Shown: positions 9,440 to 19,495, counted from the stretch's first letter. The stretch: 64,000 bases of DNA from Acidobacteriota bacterium (GCA_965263035.1 OZ253580.1:1568001-1632000), one strand, 5' to 3'. Program-made: numbers and translations. The notes: generated by a model from the letters alone, not told the origin.

Positions 9440-10690
9440 TCACATCCTCCAGAAGGGCCGCGTGAAGAGCACCAGGAGCGTGTAGAACTCGAGGCGGCCT
9501 GCGAGCATGCAGATGCTCAGGACCCATTTTGCCGCCGCCGGAAGTCCGGCGTAGTTTTCGTCGGGGCCGACCTGTCCCAATCCGGGGCCGATGTATGAAC
9601 ATGCAGGCCGCCACCGCGGAAATGGTGGTGAGCACGTCCATTCCAAGGGCGGCAAGACACATGCAGGCCACGAAGTTCACCAGGAACGCGAGATAGACCA
9701 AGTTGAGCAGACTCCGGATCGTCTTCTCCGGGATCGCTCTCCCGCCAAAGCGAACGGCAAAGACGCCGCGAGGCTCCACCAACTGGCGAAACTCCCGGCC
9801 CACGACCCGAAACAGGACCCCGATGCGCGCCACCTTCATGCCTCCCGCCGTCGAGCCGGTGCACCCGCCCACGAACATGAGCACCAACAGCAGGAGCTGG
9901 GCGAACGGGCTCCACGCCTGAAAGTCGGCCGAGGAGAATCCGGTCGTCGTCATAATGGAGACGACCTGGAAGGACGCCAACCTCAAGGACTCCCCGAGAG
10001 AGTACTCGGAAGCCTGTAGCAAGGTTGCCGACATGGCCGCCGTCATGACCCCGATGACGATCAGATACAGGCGCAGTTCCACGTCTCCCCAGAAGAAAGA
10101 GACCCTGCGTTCCACCAACAGGCGGTAGTGCCGGGTGAAATTGATGCCGGCCAGGACCATGAAGACCACGATGACGATTTCCAGGACAAGATTGCCAAAG
10201 GCTTCGATGCTTCCGTTACGCGTGGAGAAACCGCCCGTGGCCATGGTGGAAAAGGCGTGGCACAGAGCGTCGAATTTCCCCATTCCATTCCAGCCAATCT
10301 CAGAGCCACGTAACTGGCCAGCGTGAACGCGATGTAGATCTTCCACAGAGCCACCGCGGTCTCCGCGATTCGGGGCCTCAGCCGTTCCGAACGGGCTCCC
10401 GAGAACTCGGCCCGGTAGAGTTCCCGGCCGCCGGCCCCGATCAGGGGAAGAATGGCGATCCCCAGCAGGATGATGCCCATCCCGCCCAGCCAGTGGGTCA
10501 ACGAGCGCCAGAGCAGCAGGCTGGCCGGAAGGGCCTCCACGTCCGCCAGGACCGTGGCCCCCGTCGTGGAGAAACCGGAGACGGACTCGAAGACCGAATC
10601 GGCGAGACTGGGGAAATGGGGAGAAAAATAGAAGGGGAGAGCCCCCAGAAAAGCAGCGATCAGCCACGTGGCCACCACCAGGACCAACCA
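9440..10690 (-). pseudogene. trkH: TrkH potassium uptake membrane subunit, 5'-deleted and frameshifted
   Basis: TrkH motifs (FESVSGFSTTGAT, HWLGGMG, STMATGGFS, TTTGF, GSTAGG, GRLE) are spread over three frames. 5-bp GAATG duplication at ~10281-10290; 1-bp insertion in the N-I-G-P-G motif at ~9595. Confidence 0.85.
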
Positions 10691-11483
10691 AATTCTTCTC
10701 GAAGAGCTTGACCTGGACCCCCTACCGCTCCAAACGGAGGGCCGCTTCGACCCCCAGTTGTCTGCCGCCCACGATGAAGACCCGCTCCACCTTCTTCGGA
10801 AGTGGGACTCCCATGAACCGGAAGACCGACTCCGTCTCCGCGGCAGGCGCCACGATGTAGACTTGGTCTCCAGCCTGAAGTCTGTCGCCGCCCCTCGGAA
10901 TGAAGGTCTGCCGTCCGCGGAAGATGATCGCCATCAAAGAGTTCTTGGGCGGGGAGCTCCGATCCAGTTCGGCCATGCTCTTCCCCACCACCCAACTGTC
11001 CTGCTCGATGTTCATCCCGAAGAGCCGCACCCGGCCTTCGGCGAACTCCAACACGTCGGAGATGCCCGGCAGTCCGATCACGCGAAGAATGCGCTCCGCC
11101 GTCTCCTGGTCGGGGTTGATGACCAGATCCACGTTCAAGCGAGAGCTGTCGAAGATCTCCTTCCAGCGATAGACCTCGTGGGTCCGGAGGCGCGCCACCT
11201 TGATCTTGACGTTGGAGTGCCGTTGAGCGATCAGGCACCCGAGAATGTTGGCTTCGTCGCTGCTGGTGACGGCGATCAGCATTTCGGCTTCCCGGATGCC
11301 GGCCTGCTCCAGAGTCCGGATGCTGCTGGCGTTGCCTTGGACGATCTTGGCGTCCAGACTCTCATCCAACAGCTCGCAGCGGTCCAGGCGCTGCTCGACG
11401 ATGACGACCTCGTTCCTCTCCCGGGCGAGACGGCGGGCCACCATGGTGCCGACCGCTCCGCCACCAAGCACGATGATTCTCAT
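10691..11483 (-). pseudogene. trkA: TrkA potassium uptake NAD-binding subunit, truncated
   Basis: MRIIVLGGGAVG first RCK domain intact. TAG at 10722-10724 interrupts the second RCK (then GVQVKLFEKN) and the sequence jumps into trkH. Confidence 0.85.
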
Positions 11484-11497
11484 TGGGTTCGGAGCAC

Positions 11498-12154
11498 CTA
11501 CGGTTCGGATCTGAGCAACTCGACGGAGGATCGAGGTCTGCCCAGCCAGCGGAACGACGAGATCAACTGCCGGAATATGGGAAGAACTTCCGAGACCGAA
11601 GCTCCGTCTCGGGCCGACAGGACGAAGATGATGAAGTAGTCCGGGACCTCGGTAAAAGCGACGACCTCCTGCTTGCCGCCCGGACAGTCACACGATTTGG
11701 CCACGACCCTGGGCCGGGTGCGGGTCTCCGGATTCAACTCCAGGTCCAAGTGAAGGTCACTGATCTCCATTTTCGGACAGAGAACCTCCTGCCCGGCCAG
11801 TTCGGACTGCAGAAATTTCTCCAAGTCCTCTTCCTGACTCCTGGGGAAGAATCTGGAGAAGGCGACGACGTCGGCCTCTCTCCAATGCGTCCCTTCCGGG
11901 TGCATGACGAAATTGGCGACCTGAATCGCCGACCCGACGTCGATGGTCCAACCGGCAGGTTCGGTCACCAGAAAGGAATAGTCCATGCCCCTGATCCGCA
12001 GCGTCCGTCCACCTTCCAACGCCAGTACGGAACCGAGCAGGCACAAGATTGATAGACAGACCTTCAGCAGGCGGCTCGAGAAAGAGGGGTTGACCGGGAC
12101 CGGCAAGGCCCGGGCACCGGGTTGAGGGTCGAGAGGGCCGGCAGACCGATTCAT
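11498..12154 (-). CDS. Hypothetical exported protein
   Basis: 218-aa ORF with a hydrophobic signal-like segment (LLKVCLSILCLLGSVLA); no family recognised. Confidence 0.6.
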   Translation of the reverse strand: MNRSAGPLDPQPGARALPVPVNPSFSSRLLKVCLSILCLLGSVLALEGGRTLRIRGMDYSFLVTEPAGWTIDVGSAIQVANFVMHPEGTHWREADVVAFSRFFPRSQEEDLEKFLQSELAGQEVLCPKMEISDLHLDLELNPETRTRPRVVAKSCDCPGGKQEVVAFTEVPDYFIIFVLSARDGASVSEVLPIFRQLISSFRWLGRPRSSVELLRSEP

Positions 12155-12278
12155 CCCGGCGCCAGTCTAACAGGAAGAGGAGGAGTGGAGGAGTGAGAGA
12201 AGAAGCGGGGAATGCGGCATCTGGAGTGAAATCGTTCTGTTCGGGGGATGTTGCCGTGGCAAGGGAAGAAGGGGCGCG

Positions 12279-12307
12279 TTGAGTTTCGCCTTGCCGTTGG
12301 CTATCCT
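12279..12307 (+). promoter_or_regulatory. Candidate sigma70 promoter of gltA
   Basis: TTGAGT (12279-12284), 17 nt, TATCCT (12302-12307). Confidence 0.4.
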
Positions 12308-12426
12308 ATAGCCTCGTTCTGGAAGGAGACACAGAGCGCACTACCGGGCGGCGGATTCCCCAGGCTCGGCCGTCTCGTGAGCGTCTCTTTCAGATAGTTA
12401 CCCGCACCTGCCAAAAGGTAATCAGC

Positions 12427-13713
12427 ATGCCGGATGAGAGCCTATCCATTACCGATAACCGGACCGGGAAACAGTACGATCTGGCTGTCTCGGACGGTAC
12501 GATTCGCGCCATAGAGCTTCGCCGGATCAAGACGTCGGAGGACGACTTCGGTCTCCTGGCCTACGATCCTTCCTTCCTCAACACGGCGTCCTGCCGGAGC
12601 ACGATCACCTATATCGACGGAGGCAAGGGCATCCTGCGCTACCGCGGCTACCCCATAGAACAATTGGTGGGCGAATACAGCCACCTCGAGGTCGCGTATC
12701 TACTCCTGTACGGGGAGCTTCCGGACGAGGCCGAGTTCCAGCAATGGAATGACGACATTCGGAAGCATTCCGAGTTGCCGCCGGCCGTCCTTCAGTTGAT
12801 CCGGAGCTTTCCGGCCGGGGGTTACCCCATGGCCATGCTGGCGACTGGGGTTGCCTCCCTCTCCAACTTCTATCCCGATGCCCGTACCGTTCTGGACCCG
12901 GAAATACGTCTGCTCCAGATCCATCGGCTCCTGGCTCAGGTCCCGGCGCTGTCGGCCCAGATTTTCCGCCGCCTTCAGGGCTTGCCCCCGACCCAGGACG
13001 CGGGCGTTCGCTCATACGCCGGAAGCTTTCTGCAGATGACGTTCGACCGCGTGCCGGAGCCGGTGTTCGAGAAGGCGATGGACGCCCTGTTCATCCTTCA
13101 TGCCGACCACGAGCAGAACTGCAGCACCAGCGCCATGAGAGGCGTCGGCAGCTCCCAGTGCGATCCGTATCTCACCACCGCGGCCTCCATCGGCGCCCTG
13201 TCCGGGCCCCTTCATGGAGGAGCGAACGAAGCAGTCATCCGCATGCTGGAGTTGATCGGGTCCAAGGACCGGGTGCCCGGACACGTGCAGCGGGTAAAGG
13301 GAGGCGAACTCCGTCTCATGGGATTCGGGCACCGCATCTACAAGAACTACGACCCCAGGGCCAAGCTCATCAAACAAATGGCCCATGAGGTTTTCGAGGT
13401 GACCGGCTCCGACCCTCTGCTGGACGTGGCCCTGGAGCTGGAGAGAATCGCCCTGCAGGACGACTACTTCATCTCGCGGAAGCTCTATCCCAACGTCGAC
13501 TTCTATTCCGGCCTGATCTACCGGGCCCTCGGCTTCCCTTCCTCCATGTCCACCGTCCTCTTCGCCCTGGCCAGAACCTCCGGCTGGCTGGCTCAGTGGG
13601 ATGAGTTGGCGCGGGATCGGGAACAGAAGATCGCCCGGCCACGGCAGATCTACGAGGGGCATCCGGTGAGGAACGTCCCAGTCCGGAGATCCTCGCCGAT
13701 TGCACCTTCTTGA
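12427..13713 (+). CDS. gltA: Citrate synthase
   Basis: LRYRGYPIEQL, HADHEQNCST, GPLHGGANE, GFGHRIYKNYDPRA, PNVDFYSG. Confidence 0.96.
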   Translation: MPDESLSITDNRTGKQYDLAVSDGTIRAIELRRIKTSEDDFGLLAYDPSFLNTASCRSTITYIDGGKGILRYRGYPIEQLVGEYSHLEVAYLLLYGELPDEAEFQQWNDDIRKHSELPPAVLQLIRSFPAGGYPMAMLATGVASLSNFYPDARTVLDPEIRLLQIHRLLAQVPALSAQIFRRLQGLPPTQDAGVRSYAGSFLQMTFDRVPEPVFEKAMDALFILHADHEQNCSTSAMRGVGSSQCDPYLTTAASIGALSGPLHGGANEAVIRMLELIGSKDRVPGHVQRVKGGELRLMGFGHRIYKNYDPRAKLIKQMAHEVFEVTGSDPLLDVALELERIALQDDYFISRKLYPNVDFYSGLIYRALGFPSSMSTVLFALARTSGWLAQWDELARDREQKIARPRQIYEGHPVRNVPVRRSSPIAPS

Positions 13714-13741
13714 CTCCGGGCAGTTGCGGTATAATCGTCAG

Positions 13742-13969
13742 ATGCCGATTTATGAATACCGCTGTCTGGATTGCGACACTCATTTCGAGCAGATCGTCCT
13801 GGGCACCCAAAGCGATACCGAGTGTCCCAGTTGCAGCGGAGACCGCTTCGAGCAGCTTTTCTCCTCATTCGCGGTCGGTGGCGGGTCCATGGAATCCGCC
13901 TTCAAGGAGACCGGTCCTTGCGGCTGTGGAGCACCCCAACGAGGGATGTGCGGGCAACTCGCCAACTAG
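13742..13969 (+). CDS. FmdB-family zinc-ribbon protein
   Basis: MPIYEYRCLDC...FE...CPSC signature; start ATG 13742. Confidence 0.85.
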   Translation: MPIYEYRCLDCDTHFEQIVLGTQSDTECPSCSGDRFEQLFSSFAVGGGSMESAFKETGPCGCGAPQRGMCGQLAN

Positions 13970-13994
13970 CTGATCGTCCGGACAACGCTGAAAT

Positions 13995-15062
13995 ATGCAA
14001 TCAACAACCACGGAGACCTATAAAGACCGGCTGGAGTCGATCAGCAGGTCCCTGCGGTCGCAACCCGATCAGCATCTGGAGTTCCTCGGCAAGAAGGACA
14101 TCATCGAGCGCATCCTCTATCTGCGGGATCTCAAGAACGTCCTGATCCTGGGCCACAACTACATGGAGCCGCTGGTCTTCCATCTGTCCGGCGAAGGCGA
14201 GAGAGGCGATTCGTTGGCGTTGAGCCGCTACGCCGCCAAGTCGGACAAACCCATCATCCTCTTCGACGGCGTCCTCTTCATGGCGGAGACGGCCAAGATC
14301 CTGAATCCGGAAAAGAAGGTGCTGATCGCGGACCTGAATGCGGGCTGCAGTTTGGCGGACCCCTTCTCGGCCGAGGACGTGAGATTCTATCGAAAGCGTT
14401 ATCCCCAAGCCCCGGTGGTCACCTACATCAACAGCTACGCCGAGATCAAAGCCGAATCCGACTACTGCTGCACCTCCGCGAACGGGCTCAAGGTCATAGA
14501 GTATGCGGCTCGGGAATTTGGTACAGACCATGTGGTCTTCCTCCCCGATTCCCTGATGGGGGAGAACCTGCAACAGGAACTGGTCCGGCGGGGATCCGAT
14601 CTGGATCTGATCTACCCGGGCAAGTATGACCGGAACTTCGGTCGATGCGAGGTCCACGAGAAGTTCACCGCCAGCCACATCCGGGACATCCGGAAGCAGT
14701 ACGACATTCCCCGGGGAGCGCACGACGCTGCAGTCCTGGTGCACTGGGAGTGCCTGCCCGAGGTCCTGGAAGAGGCCGACTTCTACGGCAGCACCTCCCA
14801 GATGGCCGGTTATGTGAAGAATCACGCCGAACTGCGCCGCGTCTACATGGCCACCGAGTGCGAAATGGCGGCGAATCTGGCCACCGAATTCCCGCAGGTG
14901 GAGTTCGTCAGAACCTGCAGCATCTTCTGCCGCCACATGCGCAGAATCAGTCTTGAGAAGATCCTCCACAGCCTGGAGCATGAGGTCTACGAAGTGGAGG
15001 TGCCGGAGCCGATCCGCCGGGCCTCCCTGGGAGCCATCCAACGGATGCTGAGTATCGGCTGA
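13995..15062 (+). CDS. nadA: Quinolinate synthase A
   Basis: LILGHNY, GDSLALS, FMAETAKILNP, AGCSLAD, YINS, CCTSAN, CEVHE, CRHMRRISL (three Fe-S cysteines). Confidence 0.93.
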   Translation: MQSTTTETYKDRLESISRSLRSQPDQHLEFLGKKDIIERILYLRDLKNVLILGHNYMEPLVFHLSGEGERGDSLALSRYAAKSDKPIILFDGVLFMAETAKILNPEKKVLIADLNAGCSLADPFSAEDVRFYRKRYPQAPVVTYINSYAEIKAESDYCCTSANGLKVIEYAAREFGTDHVVFLPDSLMGENLQQELVRRGSDLDLIYPGKYDRNFGRCEVHEKFTASHIRDIRKQYDIPRGAHDAAVLVHWECLPEVLEEADFYGSTSQMAGYVKNHAELRRVYMATECEMAANLATEFPQVEFVRTCSIFCRHMRRISLEKILHSLEHEVYEVEVPEPIRRASLGAIQRMLSIG

Positions 15063-15120
15063 TTCGGGATCTGGGCCGGAATCGGTCGGAACGCGACTGG
15101 GCTGCTGCAGAGAACAGACC

Positions 15121-16215
15121 ATGAAACTGGACGGACTGGACACACCTTCGGTCCTGGTCGACGTGGATATCATGACCGCGAACCTGGACCGATTGGCCGG
15201 TTACTGCCGGGAACACCGCCTCAATCTGAGGCCCCACGTCAAGACCCACAAGATTCCTGAATTGGCGCAACTCCAGGTCAAGAAGGGCGCCGTGGGCGTC
15301 ACCGTGGCCAAGCTGGGCGAGGCCGAGGTCATGGTGGACGGCGGAGTCGAGGACGTTCTGCTGGCCTATCCGGTCTATGGAGAGATCAAGTGGAGGAGAC
15401 TGGCCGCCCTGGCGCGCCGCGCCCGCATTTCGGTGGCGCTGGATTCGCTGGAGGTGGCCCAGGGCGTCTCCAGGCACGCGCGCGAGGCCGGGATCCGGAT
15501 TCCCATTCTGGTGGAGTTCGACACCGGAATGCGGCGCTGCGGCTTGACCATCTCCCGGGAGTCCATCCAGGTGCTGGAGCGGATCGCCGAGCTTCCGGCA
15601 CTGGATTACGAGGGGCTGCTGATCTACCCCGGTCATTTCCTGGTGAACCCGGAGCGGCGCAACCAGCTTCTGACGCTGGAGAACCGGCAGTTGTCGACTT
15701 TGCTGGGCCTGCTGGACGACGCCGGGATCTCCTACCCGGTCATCAGCGCCAGTTCCACCCCGACGGCCTACATGTCGCACCAGTTCGACAACATCAACGA
15801 AGTTCGTCCGGGCACCTACATCTTCAATGACAGGAACACCATCGGTTGCCAGGCCGCCGGATTGGAAGACTGTGCCGTGTCCGTCCTGTCCACCGTCGTG
15901 AGCACCAGTGTTTCCGGCAAGGCCGCCATCGACGGGGGCAGCAAGACCTTCTCCAGCGACAAGTTCCTCTCCGGCGACGGCGTGGGTTTCGGTCACGTGA
16001 TGGGAGACCCGGGCGCCGTGGTGGAATACCTTTCCGAGGAGCACGGGCACCTCGTGCTGGCCAACGCCTCCAGAAAATACCGCGTCGGGGACCGGGTTAG
16101 CATCATCCCCAATCACGTCTGCGCCTGTGTCAACATGCACGACCGCATCTACGGGATCCGGAAAGACGAGGTGGTCATCGAATGGCGGGTCAGTGCCCGG
16201 GGCGCCGTGCAGTGA
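15121..16215 (+). CDS. Fold-type III PLP enzyme (D-threonine aldolase / D-serine dehydratase DSD1-like)
   Basis: LRPHVKTHK, DTGMRRCG, STPT, EVRPGTYIFND, IDGGSKT, LSEEHG, IIPNHVC. Confidence 0.88.
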   Translation: MKLDGLDTPSVLVDVDIMTANLDRLAGYCREHRLNLRPHVKTHKIPELAQLQVKKGAVGVTVAKLGEAEVMVDGGVEDVLLAYPVYGEIKWRRLAALARRARISVALDSLEVAQGVSRHAREAGIRIPILVEFDTGMRRCGLTISRESIQVLERIAELPALDYEGLLIYPGHFLVNPERRNQLLTLENRQLSTLLGLLDDAGISYPVISASSTPTAYMSHQFDNINEVRPGTYIFNDRNTIGCQAAGLEDCAVSVLSTVVSTSVSGKAAIDGGSKTFSSDKFLSGDGVGFGHVMGDPGAVVEYLSEEHGHLVLANASRKYRVGDRVSIIPNHVCACVNMHDRIYGIRKDEVVIEWRVSARGAVQ

Positions 16216-16282
16216 ACCGAACCGGACCGGGACCCCTCCTTCAGCCGTGCCGGTGGACGGTCCAACTCTGAGGAGATTCCAG

Positions 16283-16441
16283 GAGTCTGCGCGGTAGAAA
16301 TGATCGTAGCGAGAAAGTGGGGAATCGAGGCCGGATTTTCTCGATTTGGAGGTGCATAGTTGTTCTATTCGCCGAGAAATCGAGGAAATATGGACCGATT
16401 CTACCGCTTTCGCAGTAGATCAATTTCTGCGGCGCAGGCTC
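16283..16441. mobile_element. 159-bp palindromic MITE-like element
   Basis: Imperfect terminal inverted repeats of ~45 bp (GAGTCTGCGCGGTAGAAATGATC.../...GATCAATTTCTGCGGCGCAGGCTC), inner IR TTTCTCGATTT/AAATCGAGGAAA, and 4-bp direct repeat CCAG at 16279-16282 and 16442-16445. Confidence 0.75.
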
Positions 16442-16449
16442 CCAGCATC

Positions 16450-17427
16450 GTGTCGTCGGCCGGAGAACTGCTGTACCTGTCGCGGGCGGACATCGAGCGG
16501 CTCGGTCTGTCCATGGCCCGCATCGTCGAGGTGGTGGAGGACGCCCTGGTGCAGAAAGGATCGGGGAACGTGGAGATGCCGCCGAAGCCGGGAATCCACA
16601 CCCAACCCGACGCCTTCATCCACGCCATGCCGGCGTATATCCGAACCACGGGCGCCGCCGGATTGAAGTGGGTCGGCGGATATCCCGGAAACTCGGCCCG
16701 GGGCCTCGCCTACATTACCGGCCTCATGATCCTGAACGACCCGGAGTCCGGAGTCCCCCTGGCGGTGATGGACGCCACCTGGATCACGGCCGTCAGGACG
16801 GGTGCGGCTACGGCGGTGGCGGCTCGGCATCTGGCCCGCCGGGATTCCCTCACGGCCGCTATCCTGGGACGCGGCGTCCAGGGCCGATCCAACCTGGAGG
16901 CGCTGACGGTGGTCCTGCCCGACCTCCGGGACGTCCGTGTCTACGACACCCGCCTGGAAACGGCGCACAGCTTCGCCCGGGAGTGCGGACAACGTCACGG
17001 TCTCTCGTGCACGGTCTGCGCCTCCCCCCGGCAGGCCGTCCAGACCGCGGACGTGGTGGTCACCGCAGGCCCCATGCCACGTCCGCCTGCGCCCGTGATC
17101 GAACCCGGCTGGCTCGCGGACGGGGTCTTCGTCTGCGTCCTCGATTTCGACTGCTATGTGACGCCCGCGGCCTTTCACGCCGCCGATCTGCTGGCGACGG
17201 ACGACGTGGCGCAACTCGACTATTATCGCGGGGTGGGATATTTCGCAGGCCTCCCCGACCGGCTTTCCGACTTGGGAGACGTGGTCCGGGGACGGGGAGG
17301 ACGCCGGCGCGAGGAGCAACGGATCATGTCCATCAACCTGGGACTTGGCGTGGAAGACGTGGCCACGGCCCAGTTGATTTACACGAACGCATTGAAACAG
17401 GGGTTGGGAACCTCCCTTCCCCTCTGA
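16450..17427 (+). CDS. Ornithine cyclodeaminase / mu-crystallin family protein
   Basis: EMPPKPG, HAMPA, GLKWV, ITAVRTGA, ILGRGVQG, GLGVEDVA. Likely start is GTG 16450; the track start 16360 lies inside the MITE. Confidence 0.88.
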   Translation: MSSAGELLYLSRADIERLGLSMARIVEVVEDALVQKGSGNVEMPPKPGIHTQPDAFIHAMPAYIRTTGAAGLKWVGGYPGNSARGLAYITGLMILNDPESGVPLAVMDATWITAVRTGAATAVAARHLARRDSLTAAILGRGVQGRSNLEALTVVLPDLRDVRVYDTRLETAHSFARECGQRHGLSCTVCASPRQAVQTADVVVTAGPMPRPPAPVIEPGWLADGVFVCVLDFDCYVTPAAFHAADLLATDDVAQLDYYRGVGYFAGLPDRLSDLGDVVRGRGGRRREEQRIMSINLGLGVEDVATAQLIYTNALKQGLGTSLPL

Positions 17428-17455
17428 TCCGCTGAGATAAGAAAGGAGCGTTGCT

Positions 17456-18034
17456 ATGGTTTTGACTGCATCGACCATGTTGGGCCTCGGCACCGAGGCC
17501 CCTGACTTCCAGCTGCCGGACGTGACCACGGGTGAGACCGTTTCGCTGGACAGCTTCTCGGGGAACAAGGCCCTGTTGGTCATGTTCATCTGCAAACACT
17601 GTCCCTACGTGGTCCATGTCCAGGAGGAGCTGGCCCGGCTGGGGAACGAGTACCAGTCGCGAGACGTGGGCGTGGTGGCCATCGGTGCCAACGACGTGGA
17701 TGCCTACCCGGGAGACGCCCCCGGCGAGCTGAAGAGCATGGCTCAGGAGCATGGGTTCCAGTTCCCTTATTGCTTCGATGAGACTCAGGAAATCGCCCAG
17801 GCGTATACGGCGGCCTGCACGCCGGACTTCTTCCTCTTCGACCAGGACCGGCGCCTGGCCTATCGGGGTCAGTTGGACGACAGCCGGCCGGGAACCGGCA
17901 CGCCGGTGAACGGCGAGGACCTGAGAGGGGCCCTCGACGCCGTTCTGGCTGGGGACACCCCCGATCCGCAACAGCGCGCCAGCCTGGGTTGCAACATCAA
18001 GTGGAAGCCGGGCAACGAACCAGCCTACTTCTGA
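17456..18034 (+). CDS. Thioredoxin-fold (AhpC/TSA-like) protein
   Basis: APDFQLPD, FICKHCPYV, AACTPDFFLF, YRGQLDDSRP, SLGCNIKW; RBS AAGGAG. Confidence 0.9.
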   Translation: MVLTASTMLGLGTEAPDFQLPDVTTGETVSLDSFSGNKALLVMFICKHCPYVVHVQEELARLGNEYQSRDVGVVAIGANDVDAYPGDAPGELKSMAQEHGFQFPYCFDETQEIAQAYTAACTPDFFLFDQDRRLAYRGQLDDSRPGTGTPVNGEDLRGALDAVLAGDTPDPQQRASLGCNIKWKPGNEPAYF

Positions 18035-19485
18035 GGCTGATCCGAACCTGATTCGGCTGCCGGCGGTCGACCGGCCGGTCGATCCGGTCCACTTTCGCCG
18101 ACGCGTTTCAGGCCCTCTTGGGCGTACCGGTTGCCGGGGTTCAGACCCACGGCGCGACCGTAATGGGCCCCGGCGCCGGCCCGGTCCCCCTCCAACTCTG
18201 ACAGGTACCCCAGGGCAGCCCAGTTGTAGTCGTCTTCCGGGTCGAGGGACACCGCGGCCCGGAACGACTCGCCCGCCTTCCCGACTTGGCCTTTCCGGAG
18301 CAGGGCGACTCCCAGGTTGTAGTGCGGACGCGCTTTGCCGGGACTCTTGGCCACCGTGTCGCGCCAGAGTAAAAGGTCGTTGTTCCAGATCCGGTTTCGC
18401 GCCAGCGTGGGCGAAATCAAAAGGGCCGCCAGGATCCCGATTCCCACCCATTGGGCCCGGTTCGGCCAACGGCTTTCCGGCCGGCGGTGAAACAAAAGCC
18501 AGGCTGCCATCAGGGCGAAACCGGCCACTGGCAAGTAGAGCCGCGTCTCACTGAAGGGATCCAGGTTGGGCAGGACCCAGGTCGGCAGGCCGAAGGCCAG
18601 GACCCAGAGCAGACCGATCCCCAGAGGGGAGCGGCGCCAACGCGGGCCGAGCAGCCCGATCACCGCGGTGAGGATTGCGGCCGCCGAGATGACCGTCAGG
18701 AGCACGTGCGGCTCCGGAACCTGATGGTCCAAGTTGAGGTCGGCCGGCCACAGCAACAGTCCCAGACCCTTCCAGAACATCACCGGTTGCAACAACCAGT
18801 AACCGACTGGGTCGGGATGGTTCCACGCGATACCCGCCGGGGAGTACTTGACCAGAGACCAGGCCAGAGCCAAACCGTTGGCCAGGGTCAAGCCGGCCCA
18901 CCACCTCCACCGTTCCCGATTCAGCACCCACAAAAAGGGCAACAGCATGGCGGCCTCGGCACGGCTCCAGAGAGCCAGCTGAAAGCAGAGGATGGCGGCC
19001 CAGGGCCGCCGTGGAGCCAGCAGGAGAGCCGCCAGGCCGAAGCCGCTCATGAGCAGAACCGAACGGGCCCAGACATAGTTCACGGCCTGTGTCTGAAGGG
19101 GATGAAGCCCGAACAGCAGCGCCGTGGTCAGGGACAGACCCGGGTGCTGGAATCGGTCCAGTATCAGACGGAAGAGGAGCAGCACGACCGCCAGATGGAG
19201 CAGGACGCTCACCAGGTGAAAAGCCCAGGGCTGGGGGCCGGCGATCAAGTAGTTCAAATGGAAGGTCCAGAGCGTCAGGGGCCGGCCGCCGTACTGCTCC
19301 AGGAAAGTCCCGTACTCGAAGTGCTCGGTCACCAGGGGGCTTTCCAAGATCAGCGCGTAGTCGTCGAAGTGGAAGGCCGCCGGGAACGAGTTGAGATAGA
19401 CGGCGCCCGTGACCAGGACGAGTGCCGCCGCCGCGAATCTCGAAGCGTTTGGAGAATCCACGAGCCCCATATTATGGACCGCCAC
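18025..19485 (-). CDS. TMTC-like GT-C membrane glycosyltransferase with C-terminal TPRs
   Basis: FHFDD loop after TM1, GRPLT, HPLQTQAVNY, multiple TM helices, RNRIWNN..LWRD, TPR motifs (RPHYNLGVAL). Confidence 0.78.
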   Translation of the reverse strand: MAVHNMGLVDSPNASRFAAAALVLVTGAVYLNSFPAAFHFDDYALILESPLVTEHFEYGTFLEQYGGRPLTLWTFHLNYLIAGPQPWAFHLVSVLLHLAVVLLLFRLILDRFQHPGLSLTTALLFGLHPLQTQAVNYVWARSVLLMSGFGLAALLLAPRRPWAAILCFQLALWSRAEAAMLLPFLWVLNRERWRWWAGLTLANGLALAWSLVKYSPAGIAWNHPDPVGYWLLQPVMFWKGLGLLLWPADLNLDHQVPEPHVLLTVISAAAILTAVIGLLGPRWRRSPLGIGLLWVLAFGLPTWVLPNLDPFSETRLYLPVAGFALMAAWLLFHRRPESRWPNRAQWVGIGILAALLISPTLARNRIWNNDLLLWRDTVAKSPGKARPHYNLGVALLRKGQVGKAGESFRAAVSLDPEDDYNWAALGYLSELEGDRAGAGAHYGRAVGLNPGNRYAQEGLKRVGESGPDRPAGRPPAAESGSDQPQK

Positions 19486-19495
19486 CGCTTTTGCC

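Noticed and set aside
16360-16449. N-terminal 30 aa of the track ORF 16360-17427
   Set aside because: Encoded by the MITE; family homology begins at about GTG 16450.
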